A DNA stretch of 64,000 bases from Antedon mediterranea (GCF_964355755.1 NC_092678.1:9316422-9380421); one strand, 5' to 3'; shown: positions 24,446 to 35,753, counted from the first letter of the stretch. The notes: a model not told the origin generated them from the sequence alone. Program-made: numbers and translations.

Positions 24446-24614
24446 TTATTTAGTTGGAAAACGAGTACATCTTTTCTTGACCAAGTCTGCTTTGTCATAC
24501 GGTTGGTATGTGGCGTTAACGGCCGGTGGTGCTTTTGCATAATTCATAAGAGCATCTTGACTGACTTCGCTCGTCTTCTTTCAAACACTACAGTTAGCAA
24601 CTTTTCAATATATT
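24446..24614 (-). pseudogene. Last exon of a Kolobok-like transposase (C-terminal tail), one frameshift
   Basis: After acceptor TTTTAATAG: YIEKLLTVVFERRR...APPAVNATYQPYDKADLVKKRCTRFPTK*. Confidence 0.6.
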
Positions 24615-24935
24615 CTATTAAAAAAATATAAAAGAAATGATTTACACTGGACATATTATTTTCAATAAACCACTTTAGTTCTGTAGAAGTAAAAGTAACT
24701 TGTATTACTATTATTATGCAAATAATATCAAACATGAATAAATTAACTACTGAACCGAATTAGCAATAAAAAAAAAAAACCTTCCTGAATTATTTTTATT
24801 GTAAGTACATAAGCTATTTTATAAAACATATTGTTAATGTTATTTGACATATAATAAATAAAATAATAATATAGGCCTACTTAAAATTGTTGCATTATCA
24901 GCACACACCACCTCTCATTCACATCATTTATATTA

Positions 24936-25689
24936 CGCCGTGGTTAGGATTCCGGCACCGGAACTCAAACTGCCCAGCGTTAGGGAATCCGACACGCTAT
25001 TGCGCATGCCCAGAGCGAGGTAATCGGCGACTCTATACATCAACAACAGCGATGGATCATTTCATAGCTGCGCCACACACGGCGAACTAGCCTAGATGCT
25101 GCCTACTAATACGGTATCCACTAATCTAGGCTAGGGCTACCAGTTAGACGTGACCAGTGGGCCTATTTATTTTGTAATTAAAAAGTGGTTGCTTCATTCA
25201 TATATAAACTTCATATCATTATGAATTATATAATTACATGACTAGTTTTATGATTTTTCATAACGCATTATACTGTACATAACAACATGCAATCACAAGT
25301 TGATTTGTTGACGGCAGCCACGTCGTGGATGTGAAAAAACTGTTCGGAAAGTCAGGGTCGCAACGCTAAAAACAGCATTACGACTCTTAGATTGATACTT
25401 ATTAATATCATCGTAATTATTTTAACGCGTGGCGTAGTGGTATTTTAATTATTAATTCATGTATGGCATAGGCCAAGTTTCATCCATCGCTCTCTCGCTC
25501 GCGCAAGGACTATCTAGGCTACAGTAAATCCATATAACACTCCGACTCTCGGTGGTGTGGTGTGTGTGGCACGCACTGTAAGTGCAAGCTATAATTCACT
25601 TCCCAGAGCTATGGGCATGCGCAATAGCGTGTCGGATTCCCCCTAACGGTGGGCAGTTGAGTTCCGGTGCCGGAATCCTAACCACGGCG
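24936..25689. mobile_element. MULE/Mutator-type MITE with ~75-bp TIRs and 9-bp TSD
   Basis: TIR CGCCGTGGTTAGGATTCCGGCACCGGAACTCAA...; TTTATATTA at 24927-24935 and 25690-25698. Confidence 0.88.
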
Positions 25690-25859
25690 TTTATATTATA
25701 ATCCAAACTGACAAGGCATATTATTATTAATATTAATCATTAAAATGAGAATGTGTGGAGGTTAGGCATAGGGCCTGTCCTGTCCATCCAGGCAGGTAAT
25801 TTCGGCGGTGGTGGTGGTAAGCCTAGTTAGTGCAATAATGAAAAAGTAAAAACACTTAC

Positions 25860-26250
25860 TTCTCTTCGCCTACGTTTTTGAAAGGCGCCTCTACTACTAC
25901 TCTACTAGCAGCTGGGCCTGGCCTGGGATCTTCTCGGTGGCGGTGCTTTCTGAAGGCAATGTAACCTTCGAAGGTATTGCCCCGTCTTTCAATTTCAAAT
26001 TTACTTTTTCTTTGAATCCCATTTCACGAAGTTTAGGTGGGTATTTCGCAAAGTCTTCTTCCAAGAAGTGCTCCGAACATATTTTTGCGAATTTGCTAGG
26101 CTGGAAATGTTTTCGTCTGACGGGGTGGATCCATGCCTTTCTCAGACCCGAAGACTTTGGGAAGGAAAAAAAAAAAAATCCTATATTCCGGTCGCGATTT
26201 TATCCTCCACTTGTTGTATTGGTACAATTAAATACTGCACAATACGGCAT
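25860..26250 (-). pseudogene. THAP zinc-finger first exon of the transposase gene (in-frame stop)
   Basis: MPYCAVFNC..*..FSFPKSSGLRKAW...ICSEHF...LKLKDGAIP, later RGAFQKRRRRE followed by a GTAAGT donor. Confidence 0.85.
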
Positions 26251-27449
26251 TGTGTTTTGATTTAACACCAACAAAAGTTAACTTTAACAAAAGTGCCGAG
26301 ATGACGTCACGGAAATATTTCTGCATACGAACCGGAAGTAATTGAATTGCTCAAGTGGCTATTTTAAATTTGCTTTTTCGTGATAACGACGAAATCTTAA
26401 AAGTAACGCTATGGATGAGCCGTTTTTATTAGTGTATTACTTTATATGGATTTTATTAATGTTTTAGTGACATTTCTGCTTTAATAACAGTTTTGTGTAA
26501 ATTTTGTTTTTGAGGTTACAATCATCTCGACAACGACAATTAAATTTTATTTTTGTAAACAACTCTAAAGTGGGTATACATTCTTAATGTATACAGTATT
26601 ACAATATTACAATTTTATTAGGTTATGTATTTCATTCTGGAACTAGGCAGCCTTCATCCAGCTTCGCCTTCTTTGTAGTACCAGAATGGTCTGTTGCACT
26701 CAGTTGGACAACATCAAACTGTTTCTGAAAATGTTGTACCACTGTATGATGGTGTGGCAAACCATTTGCAATGTAGGCCTACCATAATTTGTTATTGTGA
26801 CATCCACAAATTTTACATGAACCACGCCTTTCCGCAAAGGGTGTGTTGCAATACAATTACTTATTTTAGGCATTACTTACCTTTTTAATTTAGCATTTTC
26901 AGTCGGTAATTTTGAATACAGATCTTCTTGCCACTCACTGGAAGGAATAGAATATTTATAGAGATAATACTAGAAGAATAGAATAACAGAATAATTAATA
27001 TATTATTTATTTAGTTGCATGGGAATTATATAGCCTAGGCAGCCTAGTTTTTACTATAGTATAGGCTAGCCAGGCTAAGGCCTTTATACTTTACTAGACC
27101 TATATGCCTATGCTAGGGTGGATAGGCATACTACTGGATACCTACTATTACTAACCTAGGCATAGATAGGTTACCGTATGTCTAGGCCTACTATAATAAA
27201 CGTAGCCTAGGCCTAGGTAGCAGGCAGGCCTAGTTTAGGCCACATTTAATAGGGCCTTATAGCTATAGCTACTGTAGGCCTACAGTCTGAGTAGCTAGTC
27301 TAGCTTGGCCCTAGCTAGGCCATTATCCCTTAAAAAAAAAAAAAAAAATCCCTTAATATTATTAATATTGTACCTAACTACGGCCCTCAGGCTAGGCCTA
27401 CTACTACTAGCCTAGGCTATACATAATACACGGCTGGCTATAAATGATC

Positions 27450-28527
27450 GGGTGTCACGAAACCTAAGACCACGAAACCTAAGACCCCCTAAGACCTAAG
27501 ATCACGAAACCTAAGACCCAAGACCTAAGATTACAAATATTTATCTTTCGCACCTGCCTTGTATTTTAACTCCCAACATTTATTCTGAATACCACACCTT
27601 AGAATTGGCACTTTCATGAAAAAGAATCACATAAAAAGTAACAAATGCATTTTTAAATTGATGATTTTACAGACGTTTTTCTCGCACACAAAATGACTAG
27701 CCTACACAGTACAGTTCAGTAGGCCTACCCCATGTTCAACGTTTTTGTTTCTATGGAACGTCAAAAGAGCAAAAATTATATAGAGGGCTGAAAACTCTGT
27801 GGAGTCCATCTACAGTGTGGATGGAACAATGTAAAATTAAAATTGTAATGATAATAGTATAATCATGCAAGTACGAGAAAATAAATACTGGCAAATAAAT
27901 TTTAATTAAAAAATCATGATAAGTTTTTTTGTTTCGTTTTCTTTCTGTTTTTATACTTGTACTATTATTGTTGCTCTTTTGGCGCTCCATAGAAACAAAA
28001 ACATTGAGCATTGAGCTCGAGGAGTTACATTACAGTATACAAAGAAACACATCTGTAAAATCATAAATTTAAAGGATTTATTTATTTGTTATTATGTGTT
28101 TCTCCTTCTGAAAGTACTTATAAGTCCTAATTTTAAAGTGTGGTGTTCAGGATAAAGTTAGTCAACAAATTTGGAGTCAAAATACAAGAAAGGCAGGTGC
28201 GTAAGAAAAACATCCTCTGAACCAACACAATGGAGTAAATATATACAAACAAACACCCCGTCAAGTTTGTTTGTTGTAAAGAAAAAATATACATTTACTC
28301 AACGGGCGAAAATAATGTGAGTTTATCTATGTTTTGCGGTGGTATTAAATTATATTTATGGTAATAAATGAAACCTACTGTGTTTAAAATTATGTATGGA
28401 TAAACAAGTATTGTTTTTAAGCTGTAGTATATCTTAGAATTTGTAATCTTAGGTCTTGGGTCTTAGCTTTTGTGATCTTAGGTCTTAGGAGGTCTTAGCT
28501 TTCGTGGTCTTAGGTTTCGTGACACCC
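27450..28527. mobile_element. MULE-type fold-back MITE with 10-bp TSD
   Basis: TIR GGGTGTCACGAAACCTAAGACC with sub-terminal CCTAAGA repeats; ATAAATGATC on both flanks; nested internal inverted repeats. Confidence 0.9.
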
Positions 28528-28880
28528 ATAAATGATCAGACTATATTATAGTCTGATCATTTATAGCCAGCCGTGTGAGAACATCGCCAATTAGGACTTT
28601 CTGTCCTAGCCTAAGCCTCGCCTAAATAAAAGGCTAGTAGGCCTCTTCTAGCCTTTTATTTACCTAGTCTAGGCCCTCTGTCTAGCTACTACTACTAGGC
28701 TTAGGCTAACCGGATGTACGTCCTCCTAACTCTAACTAGCCTAGGCCTAGGTAGGCCTACTACTACTAGGCCTATGCCTACTACTAGGCCTTGCCCAAGT
28801 CTATCTCATGACTTAATCGGAATAAACTATAAACAGTGTTTAACAACGATGGACCACCTTCTCATAGGTCATAATCGATA

Positions 28881-30530
28881 TCTATATATAAATTTACGTA
28901 AGGGCAAAATTCGGTAAATCGTGCCTTACTTCTATAATTTTTACTCGATGGTATATAAAGTTGGTTCGTACTTTCGGTACTGATTTTAACCACCTGATGT
29001 AACCCTGTTTACTAATTAAATTAAGTTAGATAATAAGTTATTGACGGTTAAAACGAATTTAGGTTCCAAGATTTGCCCCAAATAGGGGTGTTTTCCGACC
29101 GTGGTATACACTGTATAATGGATGTCCGTCTTGAAAAATACCCGCCACAAAAATGCGAGGAGGCTTCGCATTTTCCTATCTCCTCCTACGATAATTGTTT
29201 TTAATAGCTGAAAACCGGTTGAACAGCTAGAGTACACCATCATAATGTTGAAGACAGGCCGATTTTCTTTAAAAAATACTATTTTGATACATTTAATATA
29301 CGTTTTTACAAATGTATTGATTTGTGATGAATGGAACATTCCAAATTATTTGGTTTAACCATACAGGTATAGATTTAGATTTATGGGCCCCCTTGGAGAA
29401 TAAACATAAATAGTATTGCTATGCTGTACAATACTGTTAAGGTATTAACCACTTTTGATCGCAATTTGAATCGCAAATTTCTTACTGTGAGTGTTGGTAC
29501 TGTTAGATGTAATATAAAAATATATACAAATAAACTTTATTACTGTGAGTGTGGGTAGGCCCTACTGTTAGATTATAAACATATAATATACAAATAAATA
29601 AACGTTATTACTGACAGTTGCTTCTCAACGTTTGTATTAATTAATAATTTAAAAATATATAAACGTCGTAGTGGTGTATCGTTACATGTACTTTACTATT
29701 TCAATCGACTATGACAGTGAGAGTTTTAACAAAGTACCGTATTAAATCGTAAATGTTTTACTGTATTTAGTGGTATATTATTTATAGGGCTATAAAACAT
29801 TAAAAACAATATTTCGTTACTGAGTGGATAAGAATATATTTTAAAATGTTTCCTCTTTGTACCTATCTTCTTCCCCCATCCCTCAACCCTTAATGTTACA
29901 TACAAAACACAAATTGGGTTTGTTTAAATGAGTCCAAATAAAAAAATTTAAAAAAAAGTTATTACTGACAGTTGCTTCTCAACGTTTGTATTAATTAATA
30001 ATTTAAAAATATATAAACGTCGTAGTGGTGTATCGTTACATGTACTTTACTATTTCAATCGACTATGACAGTGAGAGTTTTAACAAAGTACCGTATTAAA
30101 TCGTAAATGTTTTACTGTATTTAGTGGTATATTATTTATAGGCCTATAAAACATTAAAAACAATATTTCGTTACTGAGTGGATAAGAATATATTTTAAAA
30201 TGTTTCCTCTTTGTACCTATCTTCTTCCCCCATCCCTCAACCCTTAATGTTACATACAAAACACAAATTGGGTTTGTTTAAATGAGTCCAAATAAAAAAA
30301 TTTGACTCATTTTGTTTCTCTCTCGGAAGTAATTCTCAGGGTGCTAATTTTGGTTGACTACATAAATCATTGTGTATATTTATTCGTTTCTGTAAACGAC
30401 AATGTATTATAGTCCTGCAGTACGTACATTTGAAATCTCCATTTTTTTCTCGCTGGAAATACTGTGTATTCGAGAACCATCTGTGGGCACGACCTAGATG
30501 GTACGCGAGCGAAGCGAGCGTGCCATCTAG
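28881..30530 (+). mobile_element. Non-autonomous Helitron
   Basis: A|TCTATATATA start; 3' hairpin GATGGTACGC...GCGTGCCATC then CTAG|T; no TSD. Confidence 0.8.
29604..30303. repeat. Near-identical ~346-bp tandem duplication inside the Helitron
   Basis: 29604-29949 vs 29958-30303. Confidence 0.92.
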
Positions 30531-30667
30531 TATACTTAATTAAAGCATATTATTAAGTTATTAAAACACATTTTCATTAGTTGGGACGCAAATCCGACTA
30601 GGCCTATTCAGAAAAATGTAAACAAATCAAGTGGTAAAACTTACCGTATCCGGATATTCACCCCCTG

Positions 30668-30828
30668 CGCCAGTAAGGCAAAAGGCACACCACAATAAAG
30701 ACGACCGGACACGTAAGACTCAAGTAGAATAAGATCTTTATTCGTCAAAACCAAATATCACAACAATAACATAACAACCAGCGGCCATGATATATGAGTC
30801 AACCCAGATAGGGGGCGCTAGACTGGCG
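30668..30828 (-). repeat. 3' LTR (161 bp)
   Basis: Exact repeat of 35952-36112; preceded on the minus strand by the purine tract AGAAGAG(A)n and a short TGATTA spacer. Confidence 0.95.
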
Positions 30829-30947
30829 TAATCATTTTTTTTTCTCTTCTCATAAAACACAAAAGTCAAAAACAAAACAAAGCAAGCAAAAGCACTCAAA
30901 ATCTACATTGAATGGTCGAAACTTAACTATATAATACGAATGAAACA

Positions 30948-33266
30948 TTATAAATCAAGAACGTAGTCAGAGAGATGACTAGGAAATCTGCGTGAACGTG
31001 TGGATGTGCGATGAGACAACTGTGCTGGAACTTCCATTGGTGATTCTTCCGGGGTCTGTATGGATGATGACTTGTCGTTCACCTCATTAGGAGAGGCAGA
31101 AAGAGTTGACGGTACCTCGGGTGGAGGAAATGGAGACGGATCAACTGTGAAATCAGGTTCTTCATCAGAGGTGTCGCAGTGGCGTTGTGAGGTTGGTGTG
31201 GGAGAATGATGAACGTCAGTCGGTACAGTAAAACACTCTGATTTCTTTACACGATAAGTAGCGCTTCTCAATTGTGAGTGCGTAAACTTTCGGACGTTGC
31301 ACCACTTTCCATCTACAGAAACAACGAGATAGCGATCTCGTGCACAGGTCTTGCGACGATCTGTCCACAGGTAGACTAAATCACCAACCGTAATAGAAAC
31401 GTCAGGTGCTGCACACGCGACGGGTGCCTTAGACTTTTCGCTGTGCGCGTGATTAGAGGCTCTGAGGTGCTGTTGGCTGATAATCAACTTGCGGTCAGAA
31501 ATAGGGATTTGGTCATGAGTGAACTGATCTCGCTGTGTCCACATTTCGCGAGACGACAATCCTCGTGTTCGGATACGGGAGTTAAGACGAGATGTGGCGA
31601 CAGCAAGCACCGTCGGTGAGATGGGACCACCACCAGGCTCTTGCCGAAGTAACTCTTCTGACAATTCGCGTACAGCTTTCTCTCCAACCGGGTTTTTGTT
31701 GATGTTCTTAACTCTGCCAATTTCGATCGAAATCCTATGTTTCAGTAAGACGGGATCGTGGACGAGTGCCATGAAGCCCGGGGCAGGGTCTGTGCGGATG
31801 GTTGCTGAGGGGCCCTCCACGGGGCACATGCCAATGCATAAGCGAATTAAGGTATCACGGAGAGTATCGTGCTTCTCATCGCTGATTAAACACGAAAGGG
31901 TGTAAGACGTCACCGTCTCTCTGACAACAAGAATAAGTTGACGCTCGCGTTTTAGGACATCGGCGGCAAAGGTGACTCCGAGCTTCGACGGAGGATCATC
32001 AGTGGACTGCTCAATTGCAGTGGTGGGTACAGTACGGATCGAGGCACAGTGATGACACGATTCTGACACCTGTTCGATGGTTTTGTCCAAGTCAAGCGCA
32101 AAGAAGTGGCGGCGAACGGATAACTTAAGTTGGTGACTAGTTGGGTGATCTAGCCGCCGGACGTGAAGTGATGTCAGCAGTCCGTTTAATACGGGGCGAG
32201 GGACAATGATACATTCATGCTTAAGTGAGAGTGGTTCAGTGCGGTTGACTACAAGGAGACCATCTCTTCCAATGGAACAACAGTTAAGGTACCGTTTAAT
32301 GTCCCTGACCTTGGTTAACTTTTTTGGTGGACGGGTTCCTTGAATAAGATGAGCTTTTACACGCCGAAGGTCTGGACACTCGGATTGGATGGCTAGCCAA
32401 GCTGGCCGACTGGTGAACGGGAGTTTGGCATCTCCAGTAATGAAATCACGTATCGATGAACGTAGTACCGTTGACTCTATCGCGCCGTTGACAAATGAGC
32501 AAACCTGACAGTTGTCAACTGAGCATGGTGGAGCGTTGCGACTAGCAAAGTCGGATGGGACGTTGGCTGAGCCTGCCAGGTGCCGAATAGAAATCTGGTA
32601 CCTGCTAGCGGTGGACAGGAAGGTGGACACACGGGGACTGACTGAGAATTCTCCCCTGCATAGCTTTTCAAGCGCTTGGACGCATGGCTTACTGTCAGTT
32701 AGGACACATGTGTTATGTCGAGACTGGATAATAAAAGGACTAAAATGTTTAACGGCTGCCGCAATAGCCAAAGCTTCGATCTCGCAGGGTAGCCATGTGA
32801 CCTGACGTGCACGGAGTTTAGCACTAAAAAAGCCGGCTAACTGTGGTTTGGATTCACGAGTAACGTATAAGGTTGCGCCCAGACCATGACTTTTAACAGC
32901 ACCATCCGTAACGATCCACAGTTGGTCATCGGGATGAGGTAAAACTATGACCTTGTTTGAGTCAAGTGCGTTCTGTGCTACTTTAAATGCCTCATGTAAG
33001 GCATCGTACCAATGTATTGTTTCTTTGGACTGTAAGCCGGCTATGGCTTCTTCCAGTGGAGCGATGAGAGATGCGCACTGAGGTAAAACGCGTGCTAACA
33101 CCTTATATGCCCCGATAAAGGAGCGTAAACCTCTTACCGTCGGTGGTGGAGTGCATGCCTTTAACGTTGAAATACGATGAGTATTTGCGCAAATAGAACC
33201 TAGGGACCAGGTCCACCCAAGAATGGTTGTAGTTTGTGGACAAATCACCGTTTTGCTAGCAGACAA
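30948..33266 (-). CDS. pol: Pol C-terminal part: RT thumb, RNase H, integrase (HHCC, DD35E)
   Basis: LRSFIGAY, WIVTDGA, CEIEALA, LTDSKP, PSDFASR; H...H...CHHC; FAADV, IRTDPAPG, NPVGEK. Confidence 0.9.
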   Translation of the reverse strand: MSASKTVICPQTTTILGWTWSLGSICANTHRISTLKACTPPPTVRGLRSFIGAYKVLARVLPQCASLIAPLEEAIAGLQSKETIHWYDALHEAFKVAQNALDSNKVIVLPHPDDQLWIVTDGAVKSHGLGATLYVTRESKPQLAGFFSAKLRARQVTWLPCEIEALAIAAAVKHFSPFIIQSRHNTCVLTDSKPCVQALEKLCRGEFSVSPRVSTFLSTASRYQISIRHLAGSANVPSDFASRNAPPCSVDNCQVCSFVNGAIESTVLRSSIRDFITGDAKLPFTSRPAWLAIQSECPDLRRVKAHLIQGTRPPKKLTKVRDIKRYLNCCSIGRDGLLVVNRTEPLSLKHECIIVPRPVLNGLLTSLHVRRLDHPTSHQLKLSVRRHFFALDLDKTIEQVSESCHHCASIRTVPTTAIEQSTDDPPSKLGVTFAADVLKRERQLILVVRETVTSYTLSCLISDEKHDTLRDTLIRLCIGMCPVEGPSATIRTDPAPGFMALVHDPVLLKHRISIEIGRVKNINKNPVGEKAVRELSEELLRQEPGGGPISPTVLAVATSRLNSRIRTRGLSSREMWTQRDQFTHDQIPISDRKLIISQQHLRASNHAHSEKSKAPVACAAPDVSITVGDLVYLWTDRRKTCARDRYLVVSVDGKWCNVRKFTHSQLRSATYRVKKSECFTVPTDVHHSPTPTSQRHCDTSDEEPDFTVDPSPFPPPEVPSTLSASPNEVNDKSSSIQTPEESPMEVPAQLSHRTSTRSRRFPSHLSDYVLDL

Positions 33267-33330
33267 TCGCAGACCACACTTGTAAATGCATTGGAGTAGA
33301 CGCCGTCAATTGTAAATTAACTCCTCTAAA

Positions 33331-33790
33331 CTAACTGTCCCCTCCACAATAAAGGTCATCCGCAAGCTTTGCTACTACTCCCTCCTTAATCAAATCCCCC
33401 AGTACCCGACAAGTCAGCTCTTCGAGGGCGGTCTCTGAACCAGGCATACCCATGGCACACCGGGCATAAACTCTCACACCTCGAAATGGTGTGGCAACGC
33501 CGCAGTACTTCATAGAAGCGCGAGACAAAGGAATCTGGTAAAAGGCCTTTGTGAGGTCAGTAGTGATTAAGTGCTTCCATTTTGCGATGTTACGTAGAAC
33601 GGAGTTGACATCCGGCATAAGGGAGGGTTGGGGTTTTGCATATCGTCCGACCTCGGCGAATGCTGTAACCAGACGGTAACCACCACTCTCTTTTTTGACA
33701 AGGAAAGATGGGTTAAGATATTCGACTTGGACACCGACGTCCTCGGGGCGAACAAATACTCCCACTTCCTCAAGCTCATCAAATTTGTCC
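33331..33790 (-). pseudogene. pol: Reverse transcriptase core between two frameshifts
   Basis: [41 protein letters not shown]. Confidence 0.88.
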
Positions 33791-35753
33791 TGAGCTCAAC
33801 CAGTTTATCTCTGGAGTACTGAGGAACTCGACCTTTCCTCTGAGGAGGCTGTACAGGTCCCATGTTAACAACAGCCTGGAATGGGCCAACAGAGCCGTTG
33901 TAGGCTTTAATCATAGGATCGAAAACAACATCGTATTCAGTAAGAATGGATTGGAATTGGGATTTCACATTCTGTGGGAGGATATGGTCTGGATCTAGCT
34001 TGACATAATCAGAAAACGCGACAGAGGAAGGAGGCTTACAGGGCTTAGATGGCGACTTTTGGGGAATAGCATTTTCGGCCGACAATGGCACAAAGGTGGG
34101 TCGGACTTGGCAAAAATGTTCGTGTCGTTTGATGACCTGAGGTGTGTCGGTGGAGTTTGGGATACGTACCCTTCCCGCAACACTAGAGACCAAGTCAAAC
34201 TTTGGCCAGGTTCGAGGAAACGTACCCTTACTATGTGGTTCGAGAGCAAACACGTCATCTTGTTGGATGAAGTCAGACGGAATGGCTACCTCGATAAATT
34301 CTCCCGGCCATATAGTGGTCTCCCCTTCAGGAGCACGAAGCACACAAGCACGGCGAACCGTGTTATGGTGAAGGCCCTGTACCTGGGAACCATAGATGTA
34401 CGTGGTACCGTCACCCAATTTGATTTCCCGCTTCGCAGGTCGGAGGGCGATATCATTTAGCTCCATAAAAGGAGTTCCGGCAAGAATGTCGACGTCAAGT
34501 TTTTCGACAACAAGGCCCTCAAATTTGAATTCCCTGTCGTCCCTTGTGAGAATAATTGTGGTTTCGCCTACGACCGAAAGTGGGGAAGATCCGTCAGCCC
34601 GATGGGCAGACTGAGAGCTACTTTTAATGGTGGCGCCAAGGGCAGTGGCAGCAGTAAAGGCAATCATGTTTCCTGTAGCCCCACTGTCTAGTGTGATTCT
34701 GGCTGTGTGGTGTTGGTGAAATGTGTCAAGGTATGGGGACTGGCGAACTTGGACTCGTAAAGCTGTCGACGGTGCACTATTATCACCAGGCTCATCCGAG
34801 GTGTTATCATCATCGATGATGCCAACGATTTGTCGGGCTTTAGCCATGTATTTCCTGTCTGACTCGGGCAAATGAGGGCATTCACTGAGGAAATGCTTGT
34901 CGTCCGATCGGCCGCTCTGTTTACAGATAGGACAGGACTTGTGTTGGGAAAACTGTGGTCGGGAGAATGACTGCCGAGGATTGGAATTTCGGCGTGAATC
35001 AGTGGAGCGGGGTGTGAAAGCTGAAGGAGAGCGAAATGTGGATGACCGAAAAACACGCGCATCATCCGCAGTTCGTAACTCTTCTAAGAGAGAGTCTAAA
35101 GCCTGAGAAATCTCCGGTTTCACTGACGCTAGAGTTCGAGTGCGGAGCTCAGTACCATACCTTTGCTTAACCAACTTAGGAAGGCCTTTGTGGATGAGAG
35201 AGAGCCAAGTAAGAACTACCAAATTTTCCAACGAGGGTGAAAGTTCTTCGTCCTCCTGTATTTGGGCATCATGGTGGGAAATTCCCCCGTCTTGACGTAG
35301 TAAATTATCATGGACAAAAGCAACTAAGCGCTGATAGAGATCTTCCGGCCTTTCATTATCTTGTAAATGTATATCAGCAAAATCAATAAAATGGGCGCCG
35401 GTTGACTGGAATCCATAATGCAGTCGGATAGTTTGCCAAATTTGTGAAAGTGAGGAGGAGCTTTTAACAATGGTATTCCGGGAAATTATAGGGCAAAAAT
35501 TAGCGATCTGACCGAGCATGAGTTCAAGGATAGTGAGTTTTTGTTGGGCGGTATGACGACGTGCAACAGGTACCTCCTCATTGTCGTCAGTTAAGCCGCG
35601 AAGGGGGGATGCCCTGGTTTTGGGACGCCAAACAGAACCATCTAGGAGAAATGGTGAGAGTGTGTAGATAAGGTTTTGCTTCCAGTTTTCGAATGTATTT
35701 ATAGTTTCATTCTTGGTTAAGCACCATTGCTTGGGTGCTCTAGTACCGGCCAT
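33567..35753 (-). CDS. gag: Gag with zinc knuckle plus aspartic protease and RT start; true frame lost near 33790
   Basis: ATG at 35753 ([10 protein letters not shown]); [19 protein letters not shown] knuckle; LDSGATG and DILAGTPF protease motifs. Confidence 0.85.
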   Translation of the reverse strand: MAGTRAPKQWCLTKNETINTFENWKQNLIYTLSPFLLDGSVWRPKTRASPLRGLTDDNEEVPVARRHTAQQKLTILELMLGQIANFCPIISRNTIVKSSSSLSQIWQTIRLHYGFQSTGAHFIDFADIHLQDNERPEDLYQRLVAFVHDNLLRQDGGISHHDAQIQEDEELSPSLENLVVLTWLSLIHKGLPKLVKQRYGTELRTRTLASVKPEISQALDSLLEELRTADDARVFRSSTFRSPSAFTPRSTDSRRNSNPRQSFSRPQFSQHKSCPICKQSGRSDDKHFLSECPHLPESDRKYMAKARQIVGIIDDDNTSDEPGDNSAPSTALRVQVRQSPYLDTFHQHHTARITLDSGATGNMIAFTAATALGATIKSSSQSAHRADGSSPLSVVGETTIILTRDDREFKFEGLVVEKLDVDILAGTPFMELNDIALRPAKREIKLGDGTTYIYGSQVQGLHHNTVRRACVLRAPEGETTIWPGEFIEVAIPSDFIQQDDVFALEPHSKGTFPRTWPKFDLVSSVAGRVRIPNSTDTPQVIKRHEHFCQVRPTFVPLSAENAIPQKSPSKPCKPPSSVAFSDYVKLDPDHILPQNVKSQFQSILTEYDVVFDPMIKAYNGSVGPFQAVVNMGPVQPPQRKGRVPQYSRDKLVELRTNLMSLRKWEYLFAPRTSVSKSNILTHLSLSKKRVVVTVWLQHSPRSDDMQNPNPPLCRMSTPFYVTSQNGST

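Larger units (their letters stand above)
22478..26527. mobile_element. Decayed, internally deleted Kolobok-like DNA transposon carrying two convergent genes
   Basis: P2X7-ballast/KolX-like gene on +; THAP N-terminus and transposase C-terminal exon on -. Degenerate inverted ends (AATAACAATATTTTCAC vs reverse-complemented AAAAACAAAATTTACAC). Boundaries tentative. Confidence 0.65.
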
